A stretch of 64,000 nt of DNA from Octopus vulgaris (Eukaryota): NCBI GenBank assembly GCA_951406725.2, contig OX597818.1, positions 69,254,001 through 69,318,000 on the forward strand. The letters run 5' to 3'. The stretch's first letter is position 1. Every line of letters begins with the position of its first letter. A program made the translations under genes and the position numbers. Below, in pieces: positions 1 to 12,047 of the stretch. The notes below the pieces were generated by a model. The model searched no databases. It had not been told where the DNA came from and worked only from the letters and a program-made list of their open reading frames with translations.

Positions 1-750
1 ACAAGGTCTGTTCAAAAAGTCTCCAACTTTATTTTTTCCTTGCAAAACTAATGCTGCAGTGGCGAAATCCTTTGGGTGGAAGGTGACCCCCACCCTTCTG
101 CACATGCATGAAAATGTGGAAGGCCATGTCAGTTCTCAGCTGTTACACTTATTAGTGTATAGGTCTGTAATGTAGGCTCTTCAGATTTTTGTTTTCATGC
201 AAGATGACCAAACACATCAATCGGAGACCATAAGCCCATATCTCTTCCCAAGTGATGATGGTCTTCATGAAGTCTGGGTCATGGTTTCCACTGTCCAGCC
301 TATCCTGAGAAATTTCCATGGGCAGTTGCTTTTACTGCTCCACCAGCACCTTTGGGAGGAATATCGTTGACACTCTCTGCATGCACAAAGCCTCCGTTCA
401 CATGAAATGCACTGATCTTGTGCGTAATCCCACTTCTTGAGCAATTTCCTGGATTGGTGCAGCCACGTATGAACTAGTTGTGCCTCTTCTTCAACTGATG
501 TTTGCCCATAATGCCATCCCCAAAACCCTGCTGGGTCTTCTGGATGGTTTGAGCTTGAGTATCACCAAAACTGATGAGGATGCACTACACATCTCTGCTC
601 TAGGATTAACAGCCAACAACTGACATGGCCTACTAGCACAAAAAGGTTGACATATGCCAAGGAAGGGTGGCGTCATCTCCCACCCAAAGAATTTTACCCA
701 CAAAGCATTAGTTTTGGCAGGAAGAAAATAAAGTCTGATACTTTTCAGGA
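1..750 (-). mobile_element. Non-autonomous mariner derivative with about 145-bp terminal inverted repeats
   Basis: About 1-146 is the reverse complement of about 607-750. The minus strand at about 228-460 reads IQEIAQEVGL...LCMQRVSTIFLPKVL...DPDFMKTIITWEEIWAYG, matching the mariner HTH and the IITGDETW region, with stops. Confidence 0.8.
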
Positions 751-1009
751 TTTTCTTTATTTTTCCTTGGTTTTCACAGAAAATTTTCATATTTGCAGCC
801 CAGCTGGGCTCTGTGATTGCACAAAATCTGCAGCCCAGCAGGCCTTTGTAAATCTATGGAGTTTGTTCGTTGGTCGTTTCATGACTCAGGCTGTTGTATT
901 TATCCTGGTTCTGGGTGCATTGAGGAATTTTGATGGAAATCTTTGACTCTTATTGCTTCTATTGCAAATTAGGTAAAGTATGTTTTTATGCATGTAAGCT
1001 TTCACAGCA

Positions 1010-1266
1010 CACCGGTGCTGGTGCCAAGTAAAAAATAAACACTGATGCTGGTGCCATGTAAAAAGCACTTAATACACTCTGTACAGTGGTTGGCATTAGG
1101 AAGGGCTCCCAGCAGTAGAAACTAAGCCAAAACAGGCAATGGAACCTGGTGAGGCTCTTGTCCTTGCCAGCCCCTGTAAGGCCTGCCAACCCATACCAGC
1201 ATGGAAACCTGACGTTAAATGATGAGGATGATGATGATGATGATGATGAGGATGATGATGATGATA
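1010..1266 (+). mobile_element. RTE-LINE 3' end / RTE-tailed repeat with (GAT)n tail
   Basis: Motif aaaagcac...gtggttggcattaggaaggg...ccagcatggaaa..gacgttaaatgatgat. Related copies lie at about 7835-8070 (+), 9080-9380 (-), 38510-38760 (-), 40080-40270 (+) and 48545-48960 (-). The same tail directly follows RTE coding remains at 41.2-42.0 kb. Confidence 0.7.
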
Positions 1267-2692
1267 TGTTTTTATGCATGCTTGTATTCTTTGGCTGGGT
1301 TTTGCTGTAACAAGCCTGTAAAAGATTTATTCTTAGCTAAATTTTAGTTTTGTTTCAGATGTTTCCATTCGAAGGATAACCACAGTCAGTTTTAACATGA
1401 TTTTAGAGTTTTACGTTTTTCAAGAATGACCCCAGACACAAACCTGGGTATTCCAATGCCCTGCTTATACATATGTCTCTCTCTCTATATATATATATTC
1501 ATTATCTTCCTTTTAAAATTATTTGATTTTTTTCCTACAAAGGGTTTATAATAAAGCAACAGAACTGCAATGGACTGGGAATTGAAAACCATCTCCAGCG
1601 GATCCTTCCACTGCCATCAACAGTTTATTCAATAACTGCAATTCGGTTTTCCAACTTGAGTCCCTTTCTTTTACTATGACCATCACCATTAGTCATTATA
1701 TAGATTTTATAATAACATGATGAAGGCCATATTTCAAGTGTTTACTATAGAAGTCAAGAAATTTCGTCAGTGATTTTGCTGTAGGGCCTATCATTTTGAC
1801 AAACCAATTGACAACAAATTGTTTCAGGTAATTTCTGATAAAGAAAAGACGTAACGTTTTTCTGTTTAGTCATTTTGATTTTTTCCCATTGATTCTATTT
1901 GTTATTTTGTTTAATGCAATAATTTGTGTTAAATTCCTCCTCAACATGAAAAAGAAACAAATTGAAATCACTGTGTATGCCACCACCAAAATGATTGTGA
2001 AACATAACAACAGCTTATGGATCAATAAGATGTCCAAATATTCTATTCGGTGTGCTCAGAATTATGTGGAAATGAGCAGTGTTTTTTGTCTTCAACACAA
2101 TGTACAAAGTGAAAACCTGTTTTCCTGAAATCAGGGTCAGCTTAATCAGGAGGTTAAGCTTTTAATTCTAAATAATGTTAAGCCATCCATGATCGATAGC
2201 TTTATTAACGCTTTGAACTTCTAAAATACTGATGTGCAAAATATTGATGTCAGTAAACTGGATGGTATCCAGGACTTCTCTAATTATCTATTATTTGTGC
2301 TGCCTGAAACCTAATGAAATACTAAGTTATATCCATAGATAGTCTAACCATCCCAGACATTAAAAATAATAATAATAAATTTATTTTGAACAACTCATTT
2401 AGGCTTTTCCCACCAATGGACACTCAACTCATTTTGTGCAATCCATCTCAATATTACAATGAAGTTCTCATCAGAAGCAAATTTAATAGTAATTCCTGTT
2501 AGATTACAACTTCTACTTCTCATCCCAGTAAGAAAACAAGCAGGAAAAATGACACTGCCATCGATATAAAAGCTGCTACAGTTTGCTGAATATTCATAAA
2601 AAACCCATTTAAAATCCATTCCTCCTTAAACCATAAATACCAGACATTTACTAAAACTTCTGTCAAGCTTTCATTTCAGCTCTTTCAAAATA

Positions 2693-3981
2693 TCAGGTCA
2701 TTAAGAATGAAATGTTCGATTTTGAACTATAAAAATTTATTTCAATTTATCCCAACAAAAAGCAATGCAGTTAATCAAAGTATGCACCTAAATTATCAAT
2801 ACAATTTTGCCATTTTATCAGTAGTTCATTTATGCCAGCAGCAAAGAATTCTGGAGAGCAAGAGGTGATGGAATCATGAAAGGCTGTTTTTGCATCTTTT
2901 ACAGATTTGAAGTCTTTCCCTTGCAAAAAGTTGTCTAATGCCTGGAAACCATGATAGTCAGTTGGTGCAAGGTCTGGTAAATATGATGGATTACAGAGTA
3001 CTTCCAAGTTCAGTTCCTGTAACTTGAGTAGCGTTCTTTGTGGAACATGTGATCAAGCATTGTCTTGCAAGAGAATTGGCCTGTCTCTCTTGACCAATCT
3101 CAGTTGTTTAATTGCAAGTTCACTCATTATTTCATCCAGTTGGTTGATGTATACATCTGCTGTAATTGACTTACCATATCTCACGAAGCTGTAGTTGATG
3201 ACACCAGCACTGGACCACCAAACAGACACCATTAACTTTTTCTTGGTGAATATTCTCTTTTGTATTGCATTTGGACACTTCGTTTCTATCCAACCACTGT
3301 GCAGAATGATTGCTATTGTTGAAAAGAACCCATTTTTCATCCTACATGACAATATGAGGCAAAAATGGTTGGCTTTTATGTCATAACATCAAAGAACAGC
3401 AAGTTTCAAGACGACGTGTCATTTTGATGCTCATTCAGTTCATATGGTACCAATTTCTCCTGCTTTTTTACCGTACCAGTTTGTTTCATATAGTCCAATA
3501 CAGTTGGAATCGAAACATCAAACCTTACTGCTATCTCACACATAGTTTGAGATGTATCTGTTTCCACTGCTGTTTCCGGCTCATTATTATCCACCTTGGT
3601 CTCAGGTCTCCCATTGGGCTGAATGTCAAGAGTAAAGCCACCAGACCAGAACTTCTCAAACCATCGGCATACAGTGCACTCATTCACCACATCTTCACCA
3701 AACACCTCATTGATGTTTCAAGCTGTCTCAGATGCAATGGTTCTATGATGGAACACATATTCATAAACAACACAAATTTTTTATCTATCCATGGGTTCAC
3801 AAAAATTAATTTACAAGAGAAAACTCACAATAAAATCAAACACCATGGATTGCGTGTCGTAAAGTGATGATGTAACTCTTCAATGTTGTAAAACAAAGAA
3901 TTGTCAGGATAAAACTTTAGAGTTAACGACTCTCAAACTTGGGGCAGAAGAACATCGGACACTTCATTCTTAACGACTTGA
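2693..3981 (-). mobile_element. Full-length (about 1.29 kb) decayed mariner DD34D transposon, cecropia/Hsmar1-like
   Basis: TIRs of about 30 bp (tcaggtcattaagaatgaaatgttcga and its complement) are flanked by TA on both sides. Broken ORFs 3406-3705, 3053-3352 and 2771-3007 carry GRP, LVPYEL (WVPHEL), KKLMVSVWWS, LLQDNA and YLPDLAPTDY. Confidence 0.93.
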
Positions 3982-3984
3982 TAT

Positions 3985-4196
3985 TTACTCTTTTACTCTT
4001 TTACTTGTTTCAGTCATTTGACTGCAGCCATGCTGGAGCACCGCCTTTAGTCGAGCAAATCGACCCCGGGACTTATTCTTTGTAAACCCAGTACTTATTC
4101 TATCGGTCTCTTTTGCTGAACTGCTAAGTAACGGAGACGTAAACACACTAGCATCGGTTGTCAAGCAATGCTAGGGGGACAAACACAGACACACAA

Positions 4197-4227
<31 letters not shown>

Positions 4228-4390
4228 CATACGACAGGCTTCTTTCAGTTTCCGTCTACCAAATCCACTCACAAGGCATTGGTCGGCCCGGGGCTATAGC
4301 AGAAGACACTTGCCTAAGATGCCACGCAGTGGGACTAAACCCAGAACCATGTGGTTGGTTAGCAAGCTACTTACCACACAGCCACTCCTG
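3985..4390 (-). mobile_element. tRNA-derived SINE, family A (octopus OK/OR-like)
   Basis: Near-identical reverse complement of 32951-33361, with a tRNA-like head, an internal (CA)/(TA) tract and an (AAAAGAGT)n tail. More decayed copies lie at about 5075-5272, 10545-10790, 13095-13625, 15330-15560, 21530-21700, 22330-22530, 35170-35570, 35655-35900, 47390-47705 and 52915-53020. Confidence 0.88.
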
Positions 4391-4399
4391 ATTGTGATT

Positions 4400-5050
4400 T
4401 AACATATTATAGTACCAAGTTGAGAACTTAAGAAATATTGTAAAACTATTAACCAACAAAACAGAATCCCAAATAACTGCCAAATACTTTCAACAACAGC
4501 CTCACACAACTCAATACTTTCTTCAACACGATCTCATATCCATTTAACTCACCAGTTTATTTGCATACACAATCAGTTAAGATTCCCAGCAAAATCAATC
4601 TTATTTGGTTTCATAATTTCATGATTAAAGAATAATTCAATCACACATCATCTTACATGAAATCTAATCTCAAGAGCTAAAACATACGAAGGAAATAATA
4701 ACCCTTTTAATGTTTGCACCTGAGAGAGAAACTGTTTCTTTTGCCAAGATTCCATTCCTCTCCTGTCATTCAGAAAAGAACCTGAACTGCATTCGCAGAA
4801 ACCTAAATTCATATTAAATATATAAACAACCATATTCTTATATCACTAATGATGACCCATATCGTGTTTATGCATTGCCAAACGTGTGGTTCCATTGCTA
4901 AAACAATTCCCATTCTTCGTTCGGTCTTCCAGCTAATCAGTTTTCACCTTCAGCATTTTTAATGACTGGAAATCTTTGAACACAAACTCATTATTGATGT
5001 CTATGATCATTAATTAGCAAAGGTGTTTGTTTTCATTTTCACTCAGGTTT
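4400..5050 (-). pseudogene. Ancient LINE reverse-transcriptase relic
   Basis: Only weak, stop-ridden RT-like segments on the minus strand (LIVYANK at the YADD-like position and a possible KAFD-like segment). Confidence 0.3.
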
Positions 5051-5461
5051 GCTTGCGTTTTTATCTGTTATCTTTTGTTTGTTTTAGTCATTAGACTGTG
5101 GCCATGCTGGGGCACCACCCTAAAGCATGTTTTAGTCGATTGAATTGATTCCAGTGCTCACAGTCAGCTTGTGGCCATAGAAGAAGACACCTGCCCAAAG
5201 TGCCACACACTGGGACTGAACCCAGAACCTTGTAGCTGGAAAGCAAATTTCTTACCACACAACCACACCTGCCCCTTCATTCACATTCCATTTTCATCTC
5301 ATTCTAACTCTGCATTCCAAAGAGTATAAACAACAAAGCATGATCATCTTGTAACTGTTGCTTCCCAAGCCCATGGTTTGAGGTTCAGTTCCACTGCACT
5401 GTACCTTCAGCCATGGGGTCAATTAAAGCCATATTTGATGGAAAGTGAAACAAGCCTGTTA

Positions 5462-6272
5462 TATCCGTGCTCTGGTTAACAAGCTTCCAAACTGTTGCCA
5501 TAGTAACGAAGCTAAAGCAAGCAGAGTAAAGCTGTTTGGCACAGATTGACCTTAAACTTTGTTGTGCATGTGCATTAAGCTCACTTCCCCTGTTTACAGC
5601 AGTACTTGGAAGGAACGTGTGTAGCGTGTGATCGTTGCATTGACCATGACAGAGAATCTGCATCAAATTTTGTCAAAAGCTTGGCAATACCTGCTCAGAG
5701 GCCTACGCAAAGTTTTCAAAAAGTTTTTATCGTTCTTGACACAATCAAGGAGATCATATGAAACTGAAACTCCACTACCTTTCTGGTCAGCTGAAAGCAG
5801 TTTGGGCACAAACTTGGCAAACACTTGTCTCGTACACAAATCTTCAGAAATAATGGACTGAACTGTAACTAATCTACACATCCTTTGATAACTCACGGAT
5901 GCTGATTCGATGATTTCGTCTCACAGCTGCAGGCACGTCTGCAATGTTTTCCTCAGTCCTGCTGGTTGCAGGTCTCCCAGGACGTTTGTCAGTATTGACA
6001 TTTTTTCAGCCATCTTGGAAACATCTGAACCACTCACACACTTCTGTGCGGATCATACACTCACCTCCATACACTTTCTGCAACTTTGCAGGTATTGCCA
6101 TGACAGCTTTCTCTGTCATAGTCAATGCGATGATCATATGCTACACATGTTCCTTCCAAGCACTGTTGTAAACACCAGAAGTGAGCTAGAATGTTAAAAC
6201 TTAGTGCACATGTACAGCAGAGTTCAAGGTCAATCTTTGCCAAGTGACTTCCCTCTGCGCGCTTTAGCTTTG

Positions 6273-6275
<3 letters not shown>
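5462..6275 (-). mobile_element. Mariner derivative made of two inverted 5' ends
   Basis: About 5510-5700 is the reverse complement of about 6090-6272. The internal minus strand reads VQSIISEDLCTRQVFAKFVPKLLSADQK...LDCVKNDKNFLKT, matching the mariner AKFVPKLL motif. Confidence 0.8.
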
Positions 6276-6319
<44 letters not shown>

Positions 6320-6320
6320 G

Positions 6321-6370
<50 letters not shown>

Positions 6371-6380
6371 GTTATTATTA

Positions 6381-6414
<34 letters not shown>

Positions 6415-6455
6415 CATCATCATCATCATCATTCATCATAATTATTATGATGATG
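6270..6455. repeat. (TAT)n/(CAT)n microsatellite
   Basis: Seen directly. Confidence 0.95.
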
Positions 6456-6849
6456 ACAACAACTCTTAATTATAATTTAATTCCACAATTGTGACATGAA
6501 GCACAAGGGCCATCATCAGGGATATTGGTGATGACCAACCCACCACCACCACCACCACCACCACCACCACCACCACTTTCTCCTCCCCTAAATACAAATG
6601 TTCATACTTTAACATGTACCCTACCTACATATTGCAATACTATCATTACTTTACAAACCCACATCCTAAACGAACTATCATTCCTCTTCCTCCTCTGTTT
6701 GTTATCCCTACTCTTCCATACACAGTGTCCCCTATACCATCAACACAACACATCAATCATCCATAATTTCCCTCTGTGTTTTGCTGCCAACTCTTCACAG
6801 TTATAATTCTTCACAGTTTATCGCTTATCATCCACACATATTTCATGTT

Positions 6850-7560
6850 TTAACACTCACAAACATTTTTTCTTTCTTTAACATGACACCAAATGTTTTT
6901 TGCAAATATTTGTCAGGTTTTTTTCTCAGCTAATTTTTCTGTTTATCATCCTTAGATTTTCTTCCACTCCCCCCACACCTCCCACACATCATTTTTTTAT
7001 CATTATCTTATTATTTTAAAACAATTATATTATTATTCAATTATCTCATTATAAGATCGCTTTGTATTATTTCTCTATTATATCTGCACCCTATGTTATT
7101 GATTTCTCATGGTTCTATAGAAATCTCAGTTATTTCCAGTCGATTTATATCCTTTAACCCTTCACCTCTCCAGCCAAGACTAATTATTTAATCACCCTTT
7201 CATTAATACCTTTTAGCCTTTAATGATTTTTCGATTTGTTCACTGTTTGTTTTTTTAACAAATATATTTAACTGTTATATTATAACTTATTCATTACAAT
7301 TTATTTAAGTTTTAATTTAATCCACATTTTAAGCTTCAATATTTCATAAGAATTTATTTCTTATTCTCTTCAATTTTCCTATCAATTCTTTACCAATAAG
7401 CTTAATCAATTTCCAATAAGCTTTACAAATTTTAAAATTTCAATCACTTATCCAAATCAAAGATCATCTATATTATAAATCAGTTAATCTACCAGCACCA
7501 GATATTCTAGGTGTTCTTGTATTCATACACTACATTATCATCTGCCCTTCACTAAACAAA
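6850..7560 (-). pseudogene. Ancient LINE ORF2 relic, 3' part
   Basis: Minus strand gives RADDNVVY (YADD-like) near 7530-7550 and MMCGRCGGVEEN (CxxC zinc-knuckle start) near 6960-6995, with many stops. Confidence 0.45.
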
Positions 7561-8547
7561 AGTGGCTGTCATGGTAGTTTCATGAATGTCAGATCATAAG
7601 TTCAATTCCTAGATTAGGTGGTGGATTGTCTCCTTGAGCAAGGCCCTTCACCTTGCTCAATTTTATTCAGCTTCAAAATCTGTATCAGCTTAGTACTGGC
7701 ACTGCCCCTCTCTCCCCACTCCAGCTGTCACGTCCTGAATGTCTCATCAAGTCAAGAACGCAATGGGTGTGATGCGACATTGTCCATATTTGCTTACAGC
7801 TGCAGAAAGAGCATCTTAAACAACTAGCAAGTATATGCATGGTCATTGCCAGTGCCGCCTGATTGGCTCCCATGCTGGTGGCACTTCAAAAGCACCCACT
7901 ATACTCTCGGAGTGGTTTGCATTAAGAAGGGCATCCAGCTGTAGAAACCTTGCCAGATCAGACTGGAGCCTGGTGCATCCTCCTGCTTGCGAGCCCTCAG
8001 TCAAACCGTACAACCCATGCCAGCATGAAAAACGGATGTTAAACGATAAGGATGATGATGATGATGATGATATTTATGTGTTCCTGTTTGTCACCCTGCC
8101 ATCGCTTGACAACTGATGCTGGTGTGTTTACGTCCCTGTATCTTAGTGGTTCAGCAAAAAGAGACTGATAGAATAAATACTAGACTTACAAAGAATAAGC
8201 CCTGAGGTTGATTTCTTAAATTAACAACCCTTATGGCAGTGCTCCAGCATGGCTGTAGTCAAGTGATTGAAACAGGTAAAAGAATGAAAAGCTACAGAAT
8301 ATATATATATTTCTTCATTGCCCACAAGGGGCTAAACATAAAGGGGACAGACAAGGACAGTGCATAACTGGTACTTATTTAATCAACTGCAAAAGGACGA
8401 AAGGCAAAGTCAACCTTGGTGGAATTTGAACTCAGAACCTAGAGACAGACAAAATACTGTCAAATATTTTGCCTTGTGTGCTAATATTTCTGCCAGTTCA
8501 CCATCTTCGCTAAAGAATATATATTACATATTAATTAATATATATAT

Positions 8548-9013
8548 CATCGTTATATTTCAAGATGGTCATTTCTGTTTTCTTTTCTTTGCCAAATCAA
8601 CAAACACACTTTTTAATCACTCTTCACTTCAGTTTTATCATTGTTCTTATCTCTGTGTCCTTTGTCTTAAATCTTTTATCACACACCTGTGACCTCTTCA
8701 GAGACTCTCCATCCAACGTGTCTCCTCCTGTTCTGTTTTGTCCATTCTCTAGAGAATGGAGTACACACACACACACTCACACACATACATATATTTGTGT
8801 GTGTACCTAGAAAATGGCCTAAATAGAACAGGAGAAGACACATAGAATGAAGAGTCTCTGAAGAGGTCACAGGATGTATGACACAAGATTTAAGATAAGG
8901 GATACAAAAATAAGAACAATAATAAAGCTGAAGTGAAGAGTGAATATAAAGTGTGTTTGTTTATTTGGCAAAGGAAAGAAAATAGAAATGACTGTCCTGA
9001 AATATAACAATAT
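8548..9013. repeat. Fold-back element with about 205-bp inverted arms and a (CA)n spacer
   Basis: About 8548-8752 aligns to the reverse complement of about 8808-9013 at roughly 85% identity by eye. Confidence 0.9.
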
Positions 9014-9376
9014 TTGTTTCAACACACGGTTTCACATCAGGAATCTGGTGAAATAAATTGTTAAACATGGAATATATATCATCATCATCACTGTCATTTA
9101 ATGTCCATTGTCCATGCTGGCATTTGTTGGATGGTTTGATTGGGCTGGTACACTGGAAGGCTGTGCCAGGATCCAGTTTGGTTTGGCATGGTTTTCTACA
9201 GCTGGATGCCCTTCCTAGCACCAACCGCTCTGAGAGTGTAATGTGTACTTATACGTGCCACCAGCACGGGTGCCATTTGCGTGACAATGGTATCTGTCCT
9301 GACTGATTTTGCTCAGCTTGATGGGTCTTCTTCTCAAGCACAACAGAATGCCAAAGGTGTTGGTCATTGCCTCTGT

Positions 9377-9843
9377 GAGGCCCAACACTCGAAGGGCGCT
9401 TGGCCACTTTGATTCCATGAGGCTCAATGCTCAAAAGGAACTGAAGCACCTCACCCGAGTGAGGCCCAACACTTGAAACGAACTCAACCACTTTGCTTTG
9501 CCTCTATGAGGCCCAGGAGCTTAACCACTTTGTCTCTATAATGCACAACACTCAAAAGGAACTCAGCCACCTTGCCTCCATGAGGCCCAACACCCAAAAG
9601 GATCTCAGCTACTTTGCTTCTGTCAAGCCCAACACTCAAAAGGTACTCAGCCACTTTGCTTCTATGAGGCCCAGGAGCTTAACCACTTTGTTTCTATGAG
9701 GCACAACACTCAAAAGGAACTCAGCTACCTTGCCTCTGTGTGAAGGCCATTCGAAAGGAACTCAGCCACCTCACCTCCATGAGATGCAACACTCAAAAGG
9801 TACTCAGCCACTTTGCCTCCATGAGGCCTGATGTTCAAAGGTT
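9377..9843. repeat. 42-bp minisatellite, about 11-12 units
   Basis: Unit is approximately gaggcccaacactcaaaaggaactcagccactttgcctccat, starting at 9377, 9419, 9461 and onward, with a few shorter variants. Confidence 0.9.
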
Positions 9844-9879
9844 GACATATATACATACATATATGCGTGTGTGTGTGTG

Positions 9880-10540
9880 TTTTAAGTTAGAAATCTCTAA
9901 ATTGCTCACACCTTAGATGTATTATTATAATTTCAAGTCTTCTTACATCAACTATTTCTAAACTCAATGTTCTTATTCTGTTTTATTTTTTTCTATTTCA
10001 CAGAACATTTTTTTTTAATGCTTAAAACACTATCTTATCTTAAACTAATGATCAAATGATATTTAGCTATTCAGACATTGATTCCATAATGGTGTCTCTT
10101 TGTAACATGCAATTGTCATGACGCATAACTATTATTTTTATTAATCCAGTTTTTTTCTTATGTATCATGCTTTGCATTAACAATAAATTTTTATTTGTTT
10201 GCTTCTCTTAAAGATATTAATCCAGCTTAATGTAGTTTTCTCTCCTTCTATAATTTCAGCATCTTATATTCATCTTAAATTCATTTAAATTATTAAATTT
10301 GTATATCATAGATTTATCCAAGCTGAATTTTGGTAAATATTTATTTTTCTAGTTCACAGTATCTTGTGAAAATCTCATTGTGTAGATTCTTGTAAAAATT
10401 CTTCTAATGAAGAACTCATGCTGTTCTGCCATTCTGCAGATATTTAAAGCAGATATCTAAAGCATGCAAACTGCGTTGTATAAATGTGTTTGTCTAAAAT
10501 CTGTCGACTCTGGGACATTGGCAGAATTCTGTTTATTTTT
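9880..10540 (-). pseudogene. Ancient LINE RT relic, probably the upstream part of the 6850-7560 element
   Basis: Minus strand reads TDFRQTHLYNAV (YRPI-like), EQHEF (EQxGF-like), SLDKSM and SLR*DSVLS (GLRQGSVLSP-like), in RT motif order. Confidence 0.45.
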
Positions 10541-10752
10541 CTATTCTTTTATTTGTTTCAGCCATTTGTCTGCAGCCATGCTGGAGCACCGCCTTTAGTT
10601 GAACAGATCAACCCCAGGGCTTATTCTTTGTAAGCCTAGTACTTATTCTATCAGTTTCTTTTCCTGAACTGCTAAGTTATGGGGATGTAAACATGCCACC
10701 ATCAGTAGTCAAGCAATGGTGGGGGGACAAACACAGACACAGAAACATATAC

Positions 10753-10823
<71 letters not shown>

Positions 10824-11193
10824 AAAATTTAAATAATAAGGGTGAAAATTGAATATTAATTTGATTAATATCAATTTAAAACAGTGGCCTAGCATATTGA
10901 AAAAAATCTGAAGATTCAGAAAAATTATATTACATACATACAAGTGGGATGACCACTAAGTGGACATCCATTATGCTAGATGTAGACCTCATGTGGTCTG
11001 ACCACTAAGAAAAGATTGTTCTCAAGAAAATTCAGCATATAGCAGAACGTAAGCGAGCAAGACAAATGAAACGATACAAAAAATAAAGATTAATCACAAA
11101 TCCGATTTCATTGTTACCACTTATGTAATACTTACGTAAATGTCTGCAGTTCATTAGTGTGATTGTCATAGCAAAATATAATCTGCAGAACTG

Positions 11194-11354
11194 TACATGA
11201 GACGTCTGCATGAGATTAAGCATGCATATAATTCTACTAATTACATTTGGGGTTATATTTCAAAAGTCTTCAAAACAAAGACTTCTGAAATATAACCCCA
11301 AATGTAATTGGTAGAACTATATACATGTACAATCTCATGCGGACGTCTCATGTA
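11194..11354. repeat. About 160-bp palindromic MITE-like hairpin
   Basis: Arms of about 76 bp (tacatgagacgtc...aagtctt and aagact...gacgtctcatgta) around a short loop, with TA at both ends. Confidence 0.88.
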
Positions 11355-11399
11355 TGTAAAGTAATAAGAACACTAGACGAACAATATCATGATACCAAG

Positions 11400-12047
11400 C
11401 ACCTCTACTGGTTTTAGCATATTCACTTTCATTGATGCTGACATTGTCACACATCAAGAAGGTCTGTATGAATACCATCATTTTTGTGGCACAAAATGAT
11501 GCAGCACCATGTCCTATGTGAAGTTTCAAGAAACTGTGCTTTGGTGATTGTTGAAAAGGCTGCTGAAAAAGCGTCCTTTGACTGTTGGGTGTTCTGGTAT
11601 TGTTCTTGTGAATCTCTCTCCTTGATAATACCTCAGAGAGCGTTGTCGCAAGACATGAGGTCTGCACTTCTGGGAGGCCAATCAAGAGGTGCTGGAAGCT
11701 GTTGTGGCCCCCCCTCCATCCATCCATCTATCCTGAAGAACTTCATTCAGGTATTCCCTGGCATTGATGGCATAGTGGGGCGGGGCACCGTCTTGTTGAA
11801 ACCAACGATCATTCTAATCTCCATCCAAGCTCTGGAGCTGTGGAACAAACCAGACATGGCACCACATCATTTTGTGCCACGAAAACGGTGGCGTTCATGC
11901 AGACCTTTTCGAAGCTTGATAATGTCAGTGTCAATGGAAGGGAATATGCTAAAACCGGTGAATCTGTTTGATATCATTATGTTGTTTCTCTGTAGTTCTT
12001 ATTACTTTTAAGTAAGGGCTGACAAGACTTTCGGACCACCTTGTGTA
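11400..12047 (-). mobile_element. Internally deleted Tc1/mariner element of the rosa (DD41D-related) group
   Basis: Minus strand reads WFQQDGAPPHYAINAREYLNEVLQDRW..G.G/PQQLPAPLDWPPRSADLMSCDNAL*GIIK. A terminus-like sequence tacacaaggtggtccgaaagtc lies at about 12026-12047. Confidence 0.8.

Noticed and set aside
1500-2690. Unique-looking sequence with short ORFs (1889-2128, 2395-2619) as host exons
   Set aside because: No recognisable domain, and stops in all frames examined. Left unassigned, probably an old repeat.
9377-9843. Possible CRISPR array
   Set aside because: Contiguous degenerate tandem units without spacers, in a eukaryotic repeat context.
11484-12011. 175-aa plus-strand ORF (similarly 3424-3867 and 36020-36439)
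   Set aside because: Antisense shadows of minus-strand transposase or LINE remnants.
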